From positions 856,802 through 920,801 of the forward strand of contig JAAOMT010000372.1 of NCBI GenBank assembly GCA_016748015.1: a stretch of DNA of 64,000 bases. Reading direction: 5' to 3'. The position numbers and the translations under genes are program-made. Shown piece by piece: positions 48,164-61,049 of this stretch. The notes under the pieces are model-generated. The model was not told where the DNA came from, did not search any database, and saw only the letters and a program-made list of their open reading frames with translations. How positions within the stretch are numbered: the stretch's first letter is position 1; every line of letters starts with the position of its first letter. Source of the stretch: Geosiphon pyriformis uo1. Lineage: Eukaryota > Fungi > Glomeromycota.

Positions 48164-50329
48164 TATTTAATTCTAAAAAAACAACCATTTATTATAAAAA
48201 CCAAAATACATTATAAAAATCTTATTAATACTTATAATTCAAATATTTTTGCTAAAATAATAATCAAATAAATTTCAAAAACTATAAAAAAAAAAATTAT
48301 CAGCTTTTATAAGTCTTTTTTTATTGTTATTTTATACTTAATCTTATATAATTAAATATATTTTTTAAAACTTATTACAATATAGTATACAAAAAAAACC
48401 AAGTAATTTTGGTGTTATAAAAAATAGAAATAGTTTTAATAAACCAATTTTCAAATATATAATTTTTGCATAGTAAAATATATATAATATTATTATATAA
48501 ACCAAAAAATAAAAATTTTAAAATTAAAATAACATTAATAATTTTCCAACAAAAAATTTTTATTTAATAATCAAAATTTTTAACATTTTAGCATAAGTAA
48601 ATTTGATAAAATAATAATTAATAATAAAAACAATAATATATACTAATTAATAATAAAAATTATAAAAATAATTTTATATTAATCAATAACTCAAATTTCT
48701 GTTGATAACAATATATATAAAAAAAGCAGTTGTAAAATATAAAATAATAACAAATATTAATTTAAATATTTAAGTACTTTTTACAAATTAAAAAACATTA
48801 TTTTATTAATATTTTAATAAATATAATTTAACTACTATTTAATATATAAAACCAAACTAAATAGTTTTAATTAAGTATATTTTATATATTAATTATATAT
48901 AACTAGCTATTTAAATTAACTAAATTATACTATATATTTATATATTAAAATATTACTTCCAAAACCAAAAAAAAACAAATATTATTATTTGTATTTAAAA
49001 CTTATGGTAAATATTTTATTAATACTAAGTAAATACAGCAAATTATCAGAAAATTTACATAAAAAACCATGTAAATTATAAGAATATAAAAAACTATTTT
49101 TAATTAGACTATATCTTTTTATAATAACTTTATATTGTAATTTATGCAGCCAAATTTTTTTTTATAGTATATAAAAATTGTCAATTTATAAAACTTAGTA
49201 AGTTTTAATTATAAAAAGTTTTTTTTTAATTTAATAAACAATTAATTAATAATAATAGTTTTAAAATAATTATATATAATTACAATATTTCTAAAAAGTA
49301 ATAATAAAGTAACTTTTACAGCATGTAATTTTTATTATAGTTTAATTAGTTATTGTTAAAATATTTTAAATAATAATTTAAATATGTATATATTTTATGC
49401 TATTATTTTTATTTTTTAAAACAAAATTGGTTTGATTAATAATGTGTTTAATTTTTTGTAATAGAATATAATTTTGTAAAATTCAATTATGAAGTTATTA
49501 AAAAATTTTGGCAACAAAATTGTTGAAATTCAACTAAAATACTTTAAAAAACTTATGTTTTTTTTTACTTTTATAAACAATATATATAACAACTTTGTAA
49601 AAATAGTCAAATTTGAGCAATTTATTATTTACAAAAAACTTTACCAAAAATATATTATCAGATTGAAAAAATTGTAAATTAAAATTATTTTATTAAAACA
49701 ATTGAAATTAAGACACAATTTGCAAAAACATATTCTAAGATTAAAATAAGTGAACAAACTATTTGCAATAAACTTTTTAAATTTATTTATATAGTTGTTT
49801 TATTAAAATATGTATCTTTATTATCAACTAAATCAAACAAAATTAATTAGTATAAGTTCAAAACCATTCTAATTATAATTGACACAAAGTAGTATTTTTA
49901 GATAAAACAACTTTATAAATATTTTAAAATACTTGTTTGGCTTGGTTTTATTTAGATAAATTTATTGTACTAATGATAAAACATCTATTTAAATTTTATA
50001 TATAAGAAACAATTTGTGCATATAGAAAAATTGAAATATATATCTTTACAAAAAATATAAACTGATATTTTTATCATAAAATTCCTAATAAAAATTTATA
50101 TTATAATACAATTAGCATATATAAATAACAATATTAGATTTTTTAGCATGATAATAATTTAAAACATATTTCAAAAAATGTTTAGACAGATCTTGAAATA
50201 CAACTGCTAAATTGTGTTTTGTTTTGGTCATTATATAGTTTAGATCTTAATTCAATTAATAATATTTAGATTATTCTTAAATAAAATATTAAAAAAAAAA
50301 TTATAGCAATAATAGCATACAAAAAAATA
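48164..50329. other. Extremely AT-rich degenerate DNA, probably a fully decayed TE relic
   Basis: Almost no G/C and essentially no CpG. Similar tracts occur at 1-880, 5550-6500, 24830-26450, 56830-58760 and 61050-63400. Confidence 0.55.
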
Positions 50330-50469
50330 TTTTTTTTTTATTTTATTACAGCTTAATGAGTGCAGTCCAATTACTACTTAGTATATAGAGTCGAAACTAT
50401 GGATCTCAGCTAGATGTAATTCATGCATTTACTACATGAGATTAGTTACTTGGACTAATCAAAGCAATA

Positions 50470-53400
50470 CTACACACTTATATGAACAGAAACCATATTA
50501 ACCAAGCCAGAAAAAAATAACCAAGACTTATAAAAACCAAAACTCACTTTAAAAGAATCATCAATACCAATCAATTTGACCATGCTATCTGACAAATCTC
50601 GCTCTAAGCCACAATGTACCAATGGTACCACTCCTAAGTTGCCAACCAGACTGTTTCTTTTCATGTCAGCCCTAAATCTGGACCTGAACCCCCACAACTC
50701 TAAATGGTGATGCACACCCATGTTTCACACAAACTCAACTAAAACCTGAGCAGCTTTTTTGCAATCCTCAAAAATCTACACAGCTTTCTTGAACCATCCT
50801 ACTAGCACAAAGCCCTTATAAAAAAGAGCATACAAGCCAATATCAGACACAAATGAGAGAAAAAATTCTGAGACCACAAAAGAAGCAGGTAGATGAGAAC
50901 TAGCCAAAGACCTTCAAGTTGACATATACTTAAATAAAATCTTTTTACAGAAAATGGATTTTTTGCCACAGGTAAACACATGATTAGAGAACTCAACTTC
51001 TCTACAGTGTAAACACAAAACACCAAAGTAGTTTTTGTCATAAAGCCTCTTTCTAACTGCAACAGGCAGTCTGCCATATACTGCTTTCATAAAATAGGAG
51101 TGCAAACCAGCCGAATGTCTACTTGTAGAACCTGACAACATACCCAAATCTGGATGCCAAATGGTTATGGTTCTAATCCAGTCAACATCACATACCAAAA
51201 AACCACTCAGAATTTTAGAACCAGAACCAACTTTCCAGCACACGTGATTCATAGATCTAAAAATGTCCCAAACAAAGTATTGAACATTACCAAAAATTGG
51301 CATACTATTGGCCATTAAAAAGTGTTCATGTATGTTAGTTGGTAGAAGCAGAGAGGAATAAACAGAAGTACATGCCAATGCATCTGCACAAACATTACCC
51401 AGCACACCAGAGTGTCCTTTGACCTTTATCTAGCTTACAAAAATGTTTTTTTGAACAATCAGATTCACAATATGCCTCCTTTCCATCCAACAACAATTAC
51501 AAAAATCAGGACCACTCAATTCCAATTCCGAAACACATGTATCTAAGGCAGCTTGGCTGTCTAAGCACATCTCCACCAAACAAGAGGAAGATACACACTT
51601 TAACACCAAGACAACAGCCTGCAACTCAGCCATTGTAGAAGACAATAGACCTACAATCCTAACTCCAATGCCCAATCCAATCTCAGAAAAAAATGCCGCA
51701 GCACCTCCAACCATATTAATAAAACTGAACTCCTTCAAAGAGCTGTCTGTGAAAACTGAAATAGAACCTGATCAGACCTCAAACAGATTACTCTTGACAA
51801 CAGAAAACTGATTCAAAAGCAAACCATCATTAACATTCACCAAAAAATTGTTATTGGACAGTATTGACAGAAGAATCTTATCATGCAAGAATCTCGACAC
51901 CAATATAAACCAAGAAGACACAGGTCCTCTGAGATCCAGTCTCTTTTAATGCCAGAATGTTTGCCAATCCAGGACTTTACCTTGTTTGTTTAAAAGTTTA
52001 TCACAGAAAGCTACACCAAATCTTTTCAACAAACTAACCTAATCATAGTACAAAAAAGGCCTTAAGACACTAGAGACAGGATACTTGCCAAGACCAAGAA
52101 AAGCACTAGGCAAATTGTTTGTCATGGAAATCTTATTGATCAAAAAAATACACACTATCCCAACCAGAAAATTGTTAGAAAAACCAACATGCAGCCTTAC
52201 AGGAAATTGCAAAAGATTAAGAGGGGCCCAACCCAAAATCTACAAATCCAGAAAATGATGCTCAAAAAGCTAACCAACAATCTCAGAAAAATTAGAAAAA
52301 CTCATAACAGAAGCAAACTTCCCCTTAGCTTGGACTTGGTTGAATGTCTTTAAACCATAAAACAAAAGATGATAGAGCACCTCATTCAGAAAATCTCAGG
52401 ACAAACCAGTTTTTGACTTGAAGTCCTTCCTAACCAGAACATCCCAGCACTGATAAATAGCAGAAGACACAAAACTAAATTGAGTATGGTAGCTAACAAT
52501 AGGCTGAAAGACAGCCAACACCAAATACATGAACTGTTTGTCTGAAATAGCTTTATGCAGCATTATATTGGAAAAAAACTTGATATCAGACTAAGCTTTA
52601 GCCAAGCTGGACTTGGAAAAAACATCTGTCAACAAGAATATACCTAAGTATCTATGAAGCACACCATGTTTGGCAATCAAAATAGGCAATCTACTGATTT
52701 TGAGAACAGCATTTTGAACTCTCTGGTTGATGAGAATGGCCACCATTTTATTATTATTAATTGAAATATTATTGATTGCAAAGAACTCACTAGCAACATC
52801 TAATATAAATTGTGTAGCAGCCTGACTACTTCCAATTCAGATGGTATTGTTGATAAAAGCACCAGCAGTAAAGAAAGAAGTCATTTCCCCTATATTGTTT
52901 ATCCTGCCTGATTTGGCCACAAACTTGATATCAATCCAATAGCCACATATATTCTCTTGTCTCTTAATTTCACATAACAAGGGGTTATAGAAGATATATC
53001 AAAGAAGAAGAGAAAACACTTTGCCTTAATCAAGACCATTCAACATTTGGTAATCATTTGAAAGACCAAAATCCATTATAACACAGTTAAATCTGTCTTT
53101 ATGAATCTCACCAAAAAACTCAATAAATCTGTCATACATTTTGACATGCCATAAACTAGCTTCCAAGTAGTACCAGCCAACTAAGTCATATGCTTTGTGC
53201 ATATCTTGCAAAACCAACCAAACTTCTCTGCCTTTCTCCAAAGCATTTTCCACAACTGAACCAACAGCAAAGATAGAAGACTGTGTAGAGGTACCATGAA
53301 GTACAGAAAAATTATCCCCATACAACACTCCAAACTTACTGTAAGCAAAGGAGATTCGATCTGAGAGAATTTTAGAAAGAATCTTACAAGCAGTCTTTAT

Positions 53401-55163
53401 TAGAGCAATAGGGCAAGTGTTTGTTAAGACACCATCCCAATTATAAGGCTTAGGTATTATAGAGACCCACACCTTCCTCCACAAAACTGGAATCTTGTCT
53501 ACCTTTAGACACAAATTCAGGAGATTCAACAAGCTCCTGAAAATAATCTTATCATAGTGTTTCCACAATTCATTAGGAAATACCACTGAGACCAGCAGCC
53601 TTCTTATCTGGCAAATACTTGACCACCTGAAAAAGCTCATCAAAATCAATGACATCCATAATACCAGAGAAAGCATTATCATCTACATATTGCAAAAGAG
53701 CATACTGACGAGCCCAAGGAGCAGAAAGAGGTGTAGATGCTGATTGTTTTCTGGTCCATCCTTTCATTATCATATCAACTTTGAATTTAACTTCACTAGA
53801 ATCTAAAATAAGTTCATCATCTACCACCAAATGGTCAAGGACCACCTTACAAAAAAGTTTATCCAAAATACTTCTAATCATGCTGCCTTTATTCATGCAA
53901 AAATTCTCCATCTTCTTATCAATGACATGCCTAATTGTAGCAGCTTCAGCAGCTTTAGTCTCATGTATCTTGGAGCAATGATAACTTTTTCTAAATCTGG
54001 ACAGACAAACAAAAATTTCCACACCACTGGCACTGCTATTCAACATATTTTGAACTTCAAGAGCCTTACTTTTATCAGCAATCAACCAAGCATTAAGAAG
54101 GAAACCAGACTTAGAAGCATTATTAGATTGAAGAGACTTCATTAATTTAGCAACCAGCAGTTCCAGCTTAAAAAAATTTTGAAGATTGTTTGTTAAAAGA
54201 ACATTTGACCTCACAAAACCAATGTCTAGAAAATGTTTCATCTATTGAATCGACCAATATTTTTACCAATAAAGACTACATAGAATCAAAATTTCTGCCA
54301 GCACTGGCAACCAAAAACTCCTTGCTCACAGAAGAAAATCTGACTGAAGAGTACTCTTTAAAACAAGCCCATTTGGGACCATCTGCACCTGCAATCTTGA
54401 ATTTCCACTGATCTTTATTAGCTTACTTGTACAAACCATTCAATTGAACATCTAGAAGCCCTCCCAGGCCAACAGACACTACTACAGCTCTGTGATTAGT
54501 GTCAAAATAATCAGAGACAGAAGCAATAATTTGATCAGCAACTGCTGAAGACAAACTATCATTGACAAAAATGTAATCAATTGTTTTCTCAATGCCCCAT
54601 AAATTGCTCCACATAGAAGCCCTGACCAATAGATGAGCATTAAATAAGTTGGCTAAACCCAAATCTAAACAAAACCTAAAACTTGCACTTTTCTTAGAAT
54701 TATTCTCATTGAAATTACCACCCAAGACCACAAAAGTACTGGAGTTTAGAGCCCTTGTGATAAAAGAGTTGACTTCCAAAGCCTGACTAAATTTTTTTTC
54801 AGAGGACACACCAGCATACAAACCCAAAATTGTGACTGAGAGTTTATCTTTGAAAAGAAGATGCACTAAAATAACCCAACTGGAGATCTTTTCAACTTTA
54901 AAAACATGATGGGCCAAGACATTGTCCATGATAATAGCCACCCCAGCACCAAAAAACTCTTTGTCCAAATCAGATGAAAAAATTCTGATATCATCAAACT
55001 TATTCATAATTTAAGGTCTACAACCAGACTTTAACTTTGTTTCAGTAACAATTGAGACCATATTTCCAGATTTCATATGTCAATACACAATGTTCTCCTG
55101 TTTTGCAGGATTGTTTATGTCTCTAACATTACATGTTGCAAACTTTCAGGCTAACTCACTCAT
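50470..55163 (-). pseudogene. LINE B ORF2 (APE-RT-RNase H-Cys/His)
   Basis: ATCNVR, VTETKL, LGGNFNE, IDYIFV, CPIALI, LQDMHKAYD, AELQAV, CLDSQAALD, CLHC..HVFTC; stops and a few frameshifts. Confidence 0.92.
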
Positions 55164-56708
55164 TAAAAAGGAGGTCGGGAATGCATACTACCAGCCAGGA
55201 TCAAACTATCAAGATGAGCTAATAAACTCAATACTGAGGTAGATAAACTTTCCAACATATTTTCAAATTTGACCATATCTGGAGAGAAAAATAATTCCAG
55301 AAATACAGCAGCCTTATCATTAGTGGCTACACTTGAGCCCTCTCCCATCACTATATCACCCACTTGATTCTGTGATGGGGAGGTCACTGACAGCTAACAT
55401 TCAGGGCTAGACTGGGAAACTGCCAGCATAAGTGAGTCCAACTTCTTAGCCAACTTACTAATTTGTCCCATGAGACTGGTAAGACTGCTTTTCAAGATAG
55501 CAAACCTTTTTTCAACGTTTAATATAACAAAATGGGTAGACTTTATTTCCAAAGAGGAGCCAGAATTGACAAAACCATTCTTTACAAGGAGAGAAGGGAA
55601 TAAAGATTTACCAGCAATTTTTGCCTAAAAAATCCCACCAAAAGCAACAGAATGAGCAATAGGAGTTGAATGCTTGGAATAGATGGCAGCCAATCTGCTT
55701 TTATCCATGTCTAAAAGTGACATACGAGATTGCTTACCAATATACAGACTCTCACCCACAGAACAGCCCAATGATATATGACCCAATCTTCTATACTTAG
55801 CACATTTAGAAAGACCCAGACAAGACCAATGCAGATTCACGTCTCTCAAAACTGGAGTAGTATCCATAACAGCATCTAAAGAATCAGCTGATTCAAAACA
55901 AACAACAGTGCACCTGACTTAAGCATATATAACTGGATGGTGATTAATGACACAAGTTTTCTTATCCACAGATCTAACAAAGTCCCAGATATTATGAGCA
56001 TTAGTCCTCATTGGAATTTGATTATCCAGTAGATTTTTTAAGATTAATGTTTACTATAATCTTCATATTAGTAGTCTTTTCAGTGGCTTTTATCAAATCT
56101 AATTCGGAAGTAAACATTATTCGGATGATCTCAGAGAATTTTAAAGGAGTAAAGACTCTCCCAAAACCATTGATTTCTGAAAATAATTTCCTGACCATTG
56201 AAAGTTTATCCTGAGAAAATTTTCCAGCCACTTTATCCAGCCCAATGTCCAAGACAAAAGATTTCCAAACAGAAACATTAACCAAATTCTTTAAAGGAGG
56301 AGGAAGTTCTAAAAGACCATCTGACAGAACATCATCTATATCACCATAACTTGTAAAATCTATCTTTCCTAATGGCTTGCCTAATGCTTTCTTAGTCTTA
56401 ATACCTGGTCTTTTAGGCATCTGATTAGGATCTTTATCAATAAGAATACCACTTTTACCATAGTCAAAGCTGGTTTTTTCAACCAGACATTTTTCTTCCA
56501 TGTTGACACTATCAGACTCAATGGTGTCACCAGTTTTAGACCCTCATAAGCAACTATTTGGCTCTTTAGCAAGTCTTTTTTGATCTTCAACATTTTCTTC
56601 CAAAGCACTACCCTTTTTTTTTTTCCTTGACAAAACAGGTTTAAAACTTCCACCAAAGCCAGAATTTTCAACAATCTTTTTTATAACAGCAATACTGGGA
56701 TCAACCAT
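55163..56708 (-). pseudogene. LINE B ORF1 (first RRM-like segment deleted near 56010)
   Basis: KSFVLDI, FTSE, NINLKK, CAKYRRLGHISLGC (decayed knuckle), VAFGG. Confidence 0.82.
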
Positions 56709-56829
56709 GGCCTCAAAATCAAAAAAAAGTTTGAATTTATTGTACTGAATTGTAAAAAAACTTTTTTCTGAAAAACTTTTGACTTTTTTAAAGAATTTAG
56801 GATGAAGGAGAGAAAGAAGTTTTTTTTTA

Positions 56830-58760
56830 ATATATATTTTAATATTTTTTAAGCAATTTTTATTACAATAGTAAAAAAAATAAAATAATCTGTCTAATAA
56901 AACTATTTTTAATTATATTACTAATATGTAAAATCGAATTCAAGATTATATTAGTATAAAATTTATACTAAATATTAATTTTTTGCATATATATATTTTA
57001 TTTATATATCTATTAAATATTAAAATTTAAATAAAAATTATTATATATAAAAAAAATACTTTATTATTATTTTTTAAAAGAACTGTAATATTTTTGTATA
57101 ATGTTTATTAAAACTTAACTAAAATTATTAAATATTTTAATCAAAAATCTTATTAGTTTTAAACAACCAATTATTATTAATAAGTATTTAGAACTAAGTT
57201 GATTTTATTATTAATTCTTTAATAAATATAATAATATCATTAACTTAAAAAAAAGTTGTTTGTTTTGTCAATAGAAGTTTTAATAATTTTATTAATAATA
57301 ATAATATATATATTAATAATATAATTAATTTATTAACTTAATTAATTTATAATTTATTTAATAATAATACTATTTGCTAAATTATTATTTAAAATTAACT
57401 TAATAATATGACTATTAACTTTAATATTAGTATATATAACAGTAATAAATTTGTTTAAATTTAATATAATTCTATTAATTAGTGGCTTATTTGTTTTATT
57501 TTTTAGATTAAATAGAAAAATAGTAATAAAAATATAGTTTTTGGTAATAATAGTATATAAAATAATATTAATAATATTGAATTTTAAGTTATTTATAATA
57601 TTTTAATTTTTAAATATAATAAAAAGACTTAAATAGTTTTAAAATTTTAAAAATAATAACTATATGTTTTTTAAATTTTTGGTGTAGATTTTTTGTTATC
57701 AATTAACATTACTAAAAATTAGCTAATAAGTAATTATTATTGATTATTAATTTTTTTAATTGGTTTTTGGTTTCAAGTTATTATTTAATATTTAAACCAA
57801 AAATTATTATTATATAATTGTTATAATTATGATAATAATTTTTATAATTGCAGTTAATAAATAATTTATTGTTGTAATTAAAAATAAAATACATATATAA
57901 GTTGTTAAATTTGTAATTAAATTGTTAAAAAATAATATTAAAATAATTAATATTGTTTTTGTAAAGTTTTAAATTTGTAATTTAGAGTTAAAAACCAGTA
58001 ATTAAAATTTTAATATTAATTTAATAACCAAAATTTATAGTTGATTTTTATATAATATTGTTTATAATAATAATTGTAAATTTAAGTTTTTTATACTTAT
58101 TATTAATTTAGTAATAATAACTATAATCAAATTTAATAATAACTATAATCAAATTTAATAATAATTATAATTCTAATTATTTTTATAGTATTAAAAAAAT
58201 TTATATGTTGTTTAATTATTAATTAAATATTTTTTCAATTTTAATTAATGAATTTACTAAATTGGTTTAATTTGATATTTAATTTAAATTATTATTAAGT
58301 TTATAGTTTAAAGTATAATTGGTTTTAACTTAGCAAATTTAATATTTTTTTATTAATATAATTGCTGCTTAAAAATTAACTAAATATAATAAATGTTTTT
58401 ATTATAAGAAATTATTTTGTAATTTTTTTATAAATTAATTTAAAATTTATAGTCACATTTTTTTCTAGCTTATTTTTAATAATATAGTAAAATAATTAAT
58501 ATTAATAATTTAAATTTAATACAAATTTTAATAAAAATATCTAAAATAAATAATAATTGCTTTATTTGTTTTTTGTTTATAATAATAAAGTAATTTTATA
58601 ATTGATTAATATTATTATTATTATTAAAATATCATAAAAAATAGTTTAAATATAACAAAATTATAACTAAGCTTTAATATTATAAATTAATAGTGTTTTA
58701 AAAAAAATAAAATATTGTTTAAAGTATTTTATTGTTATTTTAACTAAATAAAATAATGTT
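56830..58760. other. Extremely AT-rich degenerate DNA with a short perfect 22-bp tandem duplication (~58113-58156)
   Basis: Base composition; AATAATAACTATAATCAAATTT occurs twice. Confidence 0.5.
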
Positions 58761-58763
58761 TAA

Positions 58764-61045
58764 CTCTTTGTCTCCTTAATTTTATGACCATAACCAAAGC
58801 AAAGAGTAAAAAAGCTGCACCTGATATTTGTCCTGAGATATCTAATAAAATTTCAACCAAAGAAGCTTTCTCTGTTGTAGAAGCAATTAGGCAAAACGTT
58901 TTAGAAGCCTTCCCTTTACCCAGTAATCGTGATAAGCTGCCTTTGGTGGCCACTGAAGCAACTTCCTCATCTTTGGCTGGTTTCTTACCAGTCAAAGTTT
59001 CCTCAAAGAGACACACTTGGATTAGTCCCAGTGTTGCCTCCACCCCAACCAAAAGCCCAAAAGTTTTTAATAATAGACCAGTAAATAAGCTGGTTTTCCC
59101 CTTTATAGATTTAACACTTGGTGCTACTAGCACCATCTCTTCAAAAAAAATGGTCAAAAAGACCAAAAGTTCAGAGAAGTGGGAGCAGTCGCTTGCCTCT
59201 GCTATTATTACACCGAACCCCTTTGTGGTTTCCAATGAGATCTTAGATGAGATCTTCATAACATCATCTGGCATGTCATTCAAGATGGGCCAAGATCAAC
59301 CATTGGTTGTGTTGCCAAATGTGGTGTCTTTCAGCAGATCTTCGCCAGTTTTAGAAGCAAAACAATCTCCTTCTGTTGGGTCACCTGTTCTTGAGAACTG
59401 GACTGATCAAATAGAAACTGAATCATCTTCTCTTCTAGTTTCTGGTACTACTTCTGGTGGTGCTTGGGAAACTATTACTAGTCGTCAAAGGTTTGCTGGG
59501 TGGGTGGCCTCCACTTTGGTGCCTGGTGCTACTTTTAAGATCAAATTGGCCCATGTTAAGACTGTTTTTCAGTTTGTGCATGGTTTCTTGGGTGCTAAAT
59601 CTGTTTCAAAAGACAATGTGAAGCTTTTTTGTGTGGAGTTTGCTTTTCAACAGTCTTTGGAAGCTGCGTTTCTAGTTGAGCTTACAAGTTCTGTTCGTTT
59701 GGCCACTCTCAAAATTGCCAAGTTTTTGGTGGTTTCTGAATCTGGTTCCTTTCCTGCTGCTGTTGGCTGCATGATGTACCTTTGGGTGTGTCTGCTGCTG
59801 ATGTTAAGTTGGCTCTCAGTGTGTTTGGTAGTGTCACTCGTGTTGTGCTGAAGCCTGCTGGCATTTGGCAGTATGTAGTGGTTTATTTTGAAAAGTTGGA
59901 CTCTGCTGTGTCTGCTTTGAAGCATTGGTCAGTCTTGGTGGACAAGGATAGTGTTAGAATTCTCCCTCTGGTAAATCAAAATGAGACTATTTTGTCTCAT
60001 AATAAGTTTAAGGCCAAATTGGTCAATCTTCCCCCTGGCTGTACTGTCTTTAAAATCAGTAATATGATTTCTCAGATTGGTGGTCGAACATGTTTCATCC
60101 CTCATTCTCCTGATTCTGGTCATTGTTTCTGGTTTGCTTTGGTTATATTTGACTCTCAAGGTGATTTGGACTCTGCTATAGTCAAGACTGGTACTCTAAG
60201 AAAATGCCGTATTTGGTGGGAAACTCCTGGCTGCCAGCACTGCTTTAGGTGTCAAAAAATAGGCCATCTAGCTGCGAATTGCAAGATTTCTCCACCTTCC
60301 ACTCCTAAGGTTCCCAAGGTTTTCAGGTCTTGTTTTGTGGGTTTTGCTTCATATGCCAAGACTGCTGCTCCTTCTGGTTTTTCTGAGTTTCCTCCTTTAG
60401 TGGCTTTTTCAGCTGCTTCAGCTGCTGATTCTGCTGTTAGTTCCAGATTAGACTTTTTGGAAAAGCAGATTTTGGATTTGGCTGCTCTGGTTAAGTCTAT
60501 TGTTGAGCCTGTTGGTTCTTTGATTGCTTTGGTGTTTCGTCTTCTTGATGATAATGTTGTTAAGGCTGTTCAGATCAAGAAAGATATCTTTTCCATGAAG
60601 AGTGCTGCTAACAATTTCTTTAATCTCATAGTCAGAGTTTCCAAGGACATTGCTTGTCTTAGATCTGAGGTTGATTTTGGTAATATGGATTATGATGATA
60701 TGCTGGCTGCTAAGCCTTCCTTTTTAAGTGAGGACACTATTGAGCGTATTATTGCTTTGTGGCAAATGTCTGGTGCTGAAACCAGGGGCAGTATTGAATC
60801 TACTAAATTGTTTTTTAGTGAGTTTATTTTTGACTCTAGGAATCTGAATGATATCATTGAGAGAATTTGTGGGTTGGAGTTATTCTCACCTACTTTTAAT
60901 TCAGCATAATGAGTCCTTGATTGGGCCAAGTGTTTGATCACATATAAAAAATGCATGATTTATGCCTATAATATAATTCCTTCTGTGGTATCATAGTTTA
61001 GGTAGTATTTGGGTCTTGTTCGTTAAATAAAAAAAATAAAAAAAA
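58764..61045 (+). mobile_element. ORF1-only polyadenylated non-autonomous retrotransposon (HAL1/half-LINE-like), ~2.3 kb
   Basis: 5' CTCTTTGTCTCCT resembles the LINE 5' ends. A single LINE-ORF1 homologue, with the stop followed at once by a ~115-nt LINE-type 3' UTR and an A-rich tail (61025-61045). No ORF2. Confidence 0.8.
58784..60909 (+). pseudogene. ORF1-like protein (~708 aa; Ser-rich N-terminus, RRM-like modules, CCHC knuckle, coiled coil) with one 1-nt frameshift at ~59765
   Basis: VPLGVSAADVKLALSVFG...GIWQYVVVYF...WSVLVDKDSVRI aligns with LINE A ORF1 ILMDIPKEIIVTAVFTFG...GMWQKTMVEF...WSFLIRKNSVHM; knuckle CFRCQKIGHLAANC. Confidence 0.85.
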
Positions 61046-61049
61046 TAAT

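Larger units (their letters stand above)
50330..56819 (-). mobile_element. LINE B (same clade as LINE A, distinct subfamily), near full length with an internal ORF1 deletion
   Basis: 5' CTTCTTTCTCTCC after an A-run, ORF1 and ORF2 homologous to LINE A, homologous 3' UTR, A-rich tail at ~50330-50345. Confidence 0.93.

Noticed and set aside
58744-59283. Antisense or overlapping ORFs within TEs (also 9470-9880, 37350-37784, 34557-34871 and similar)
   Set aside because: Shadow frames of TE coding regions with no independent motifs.
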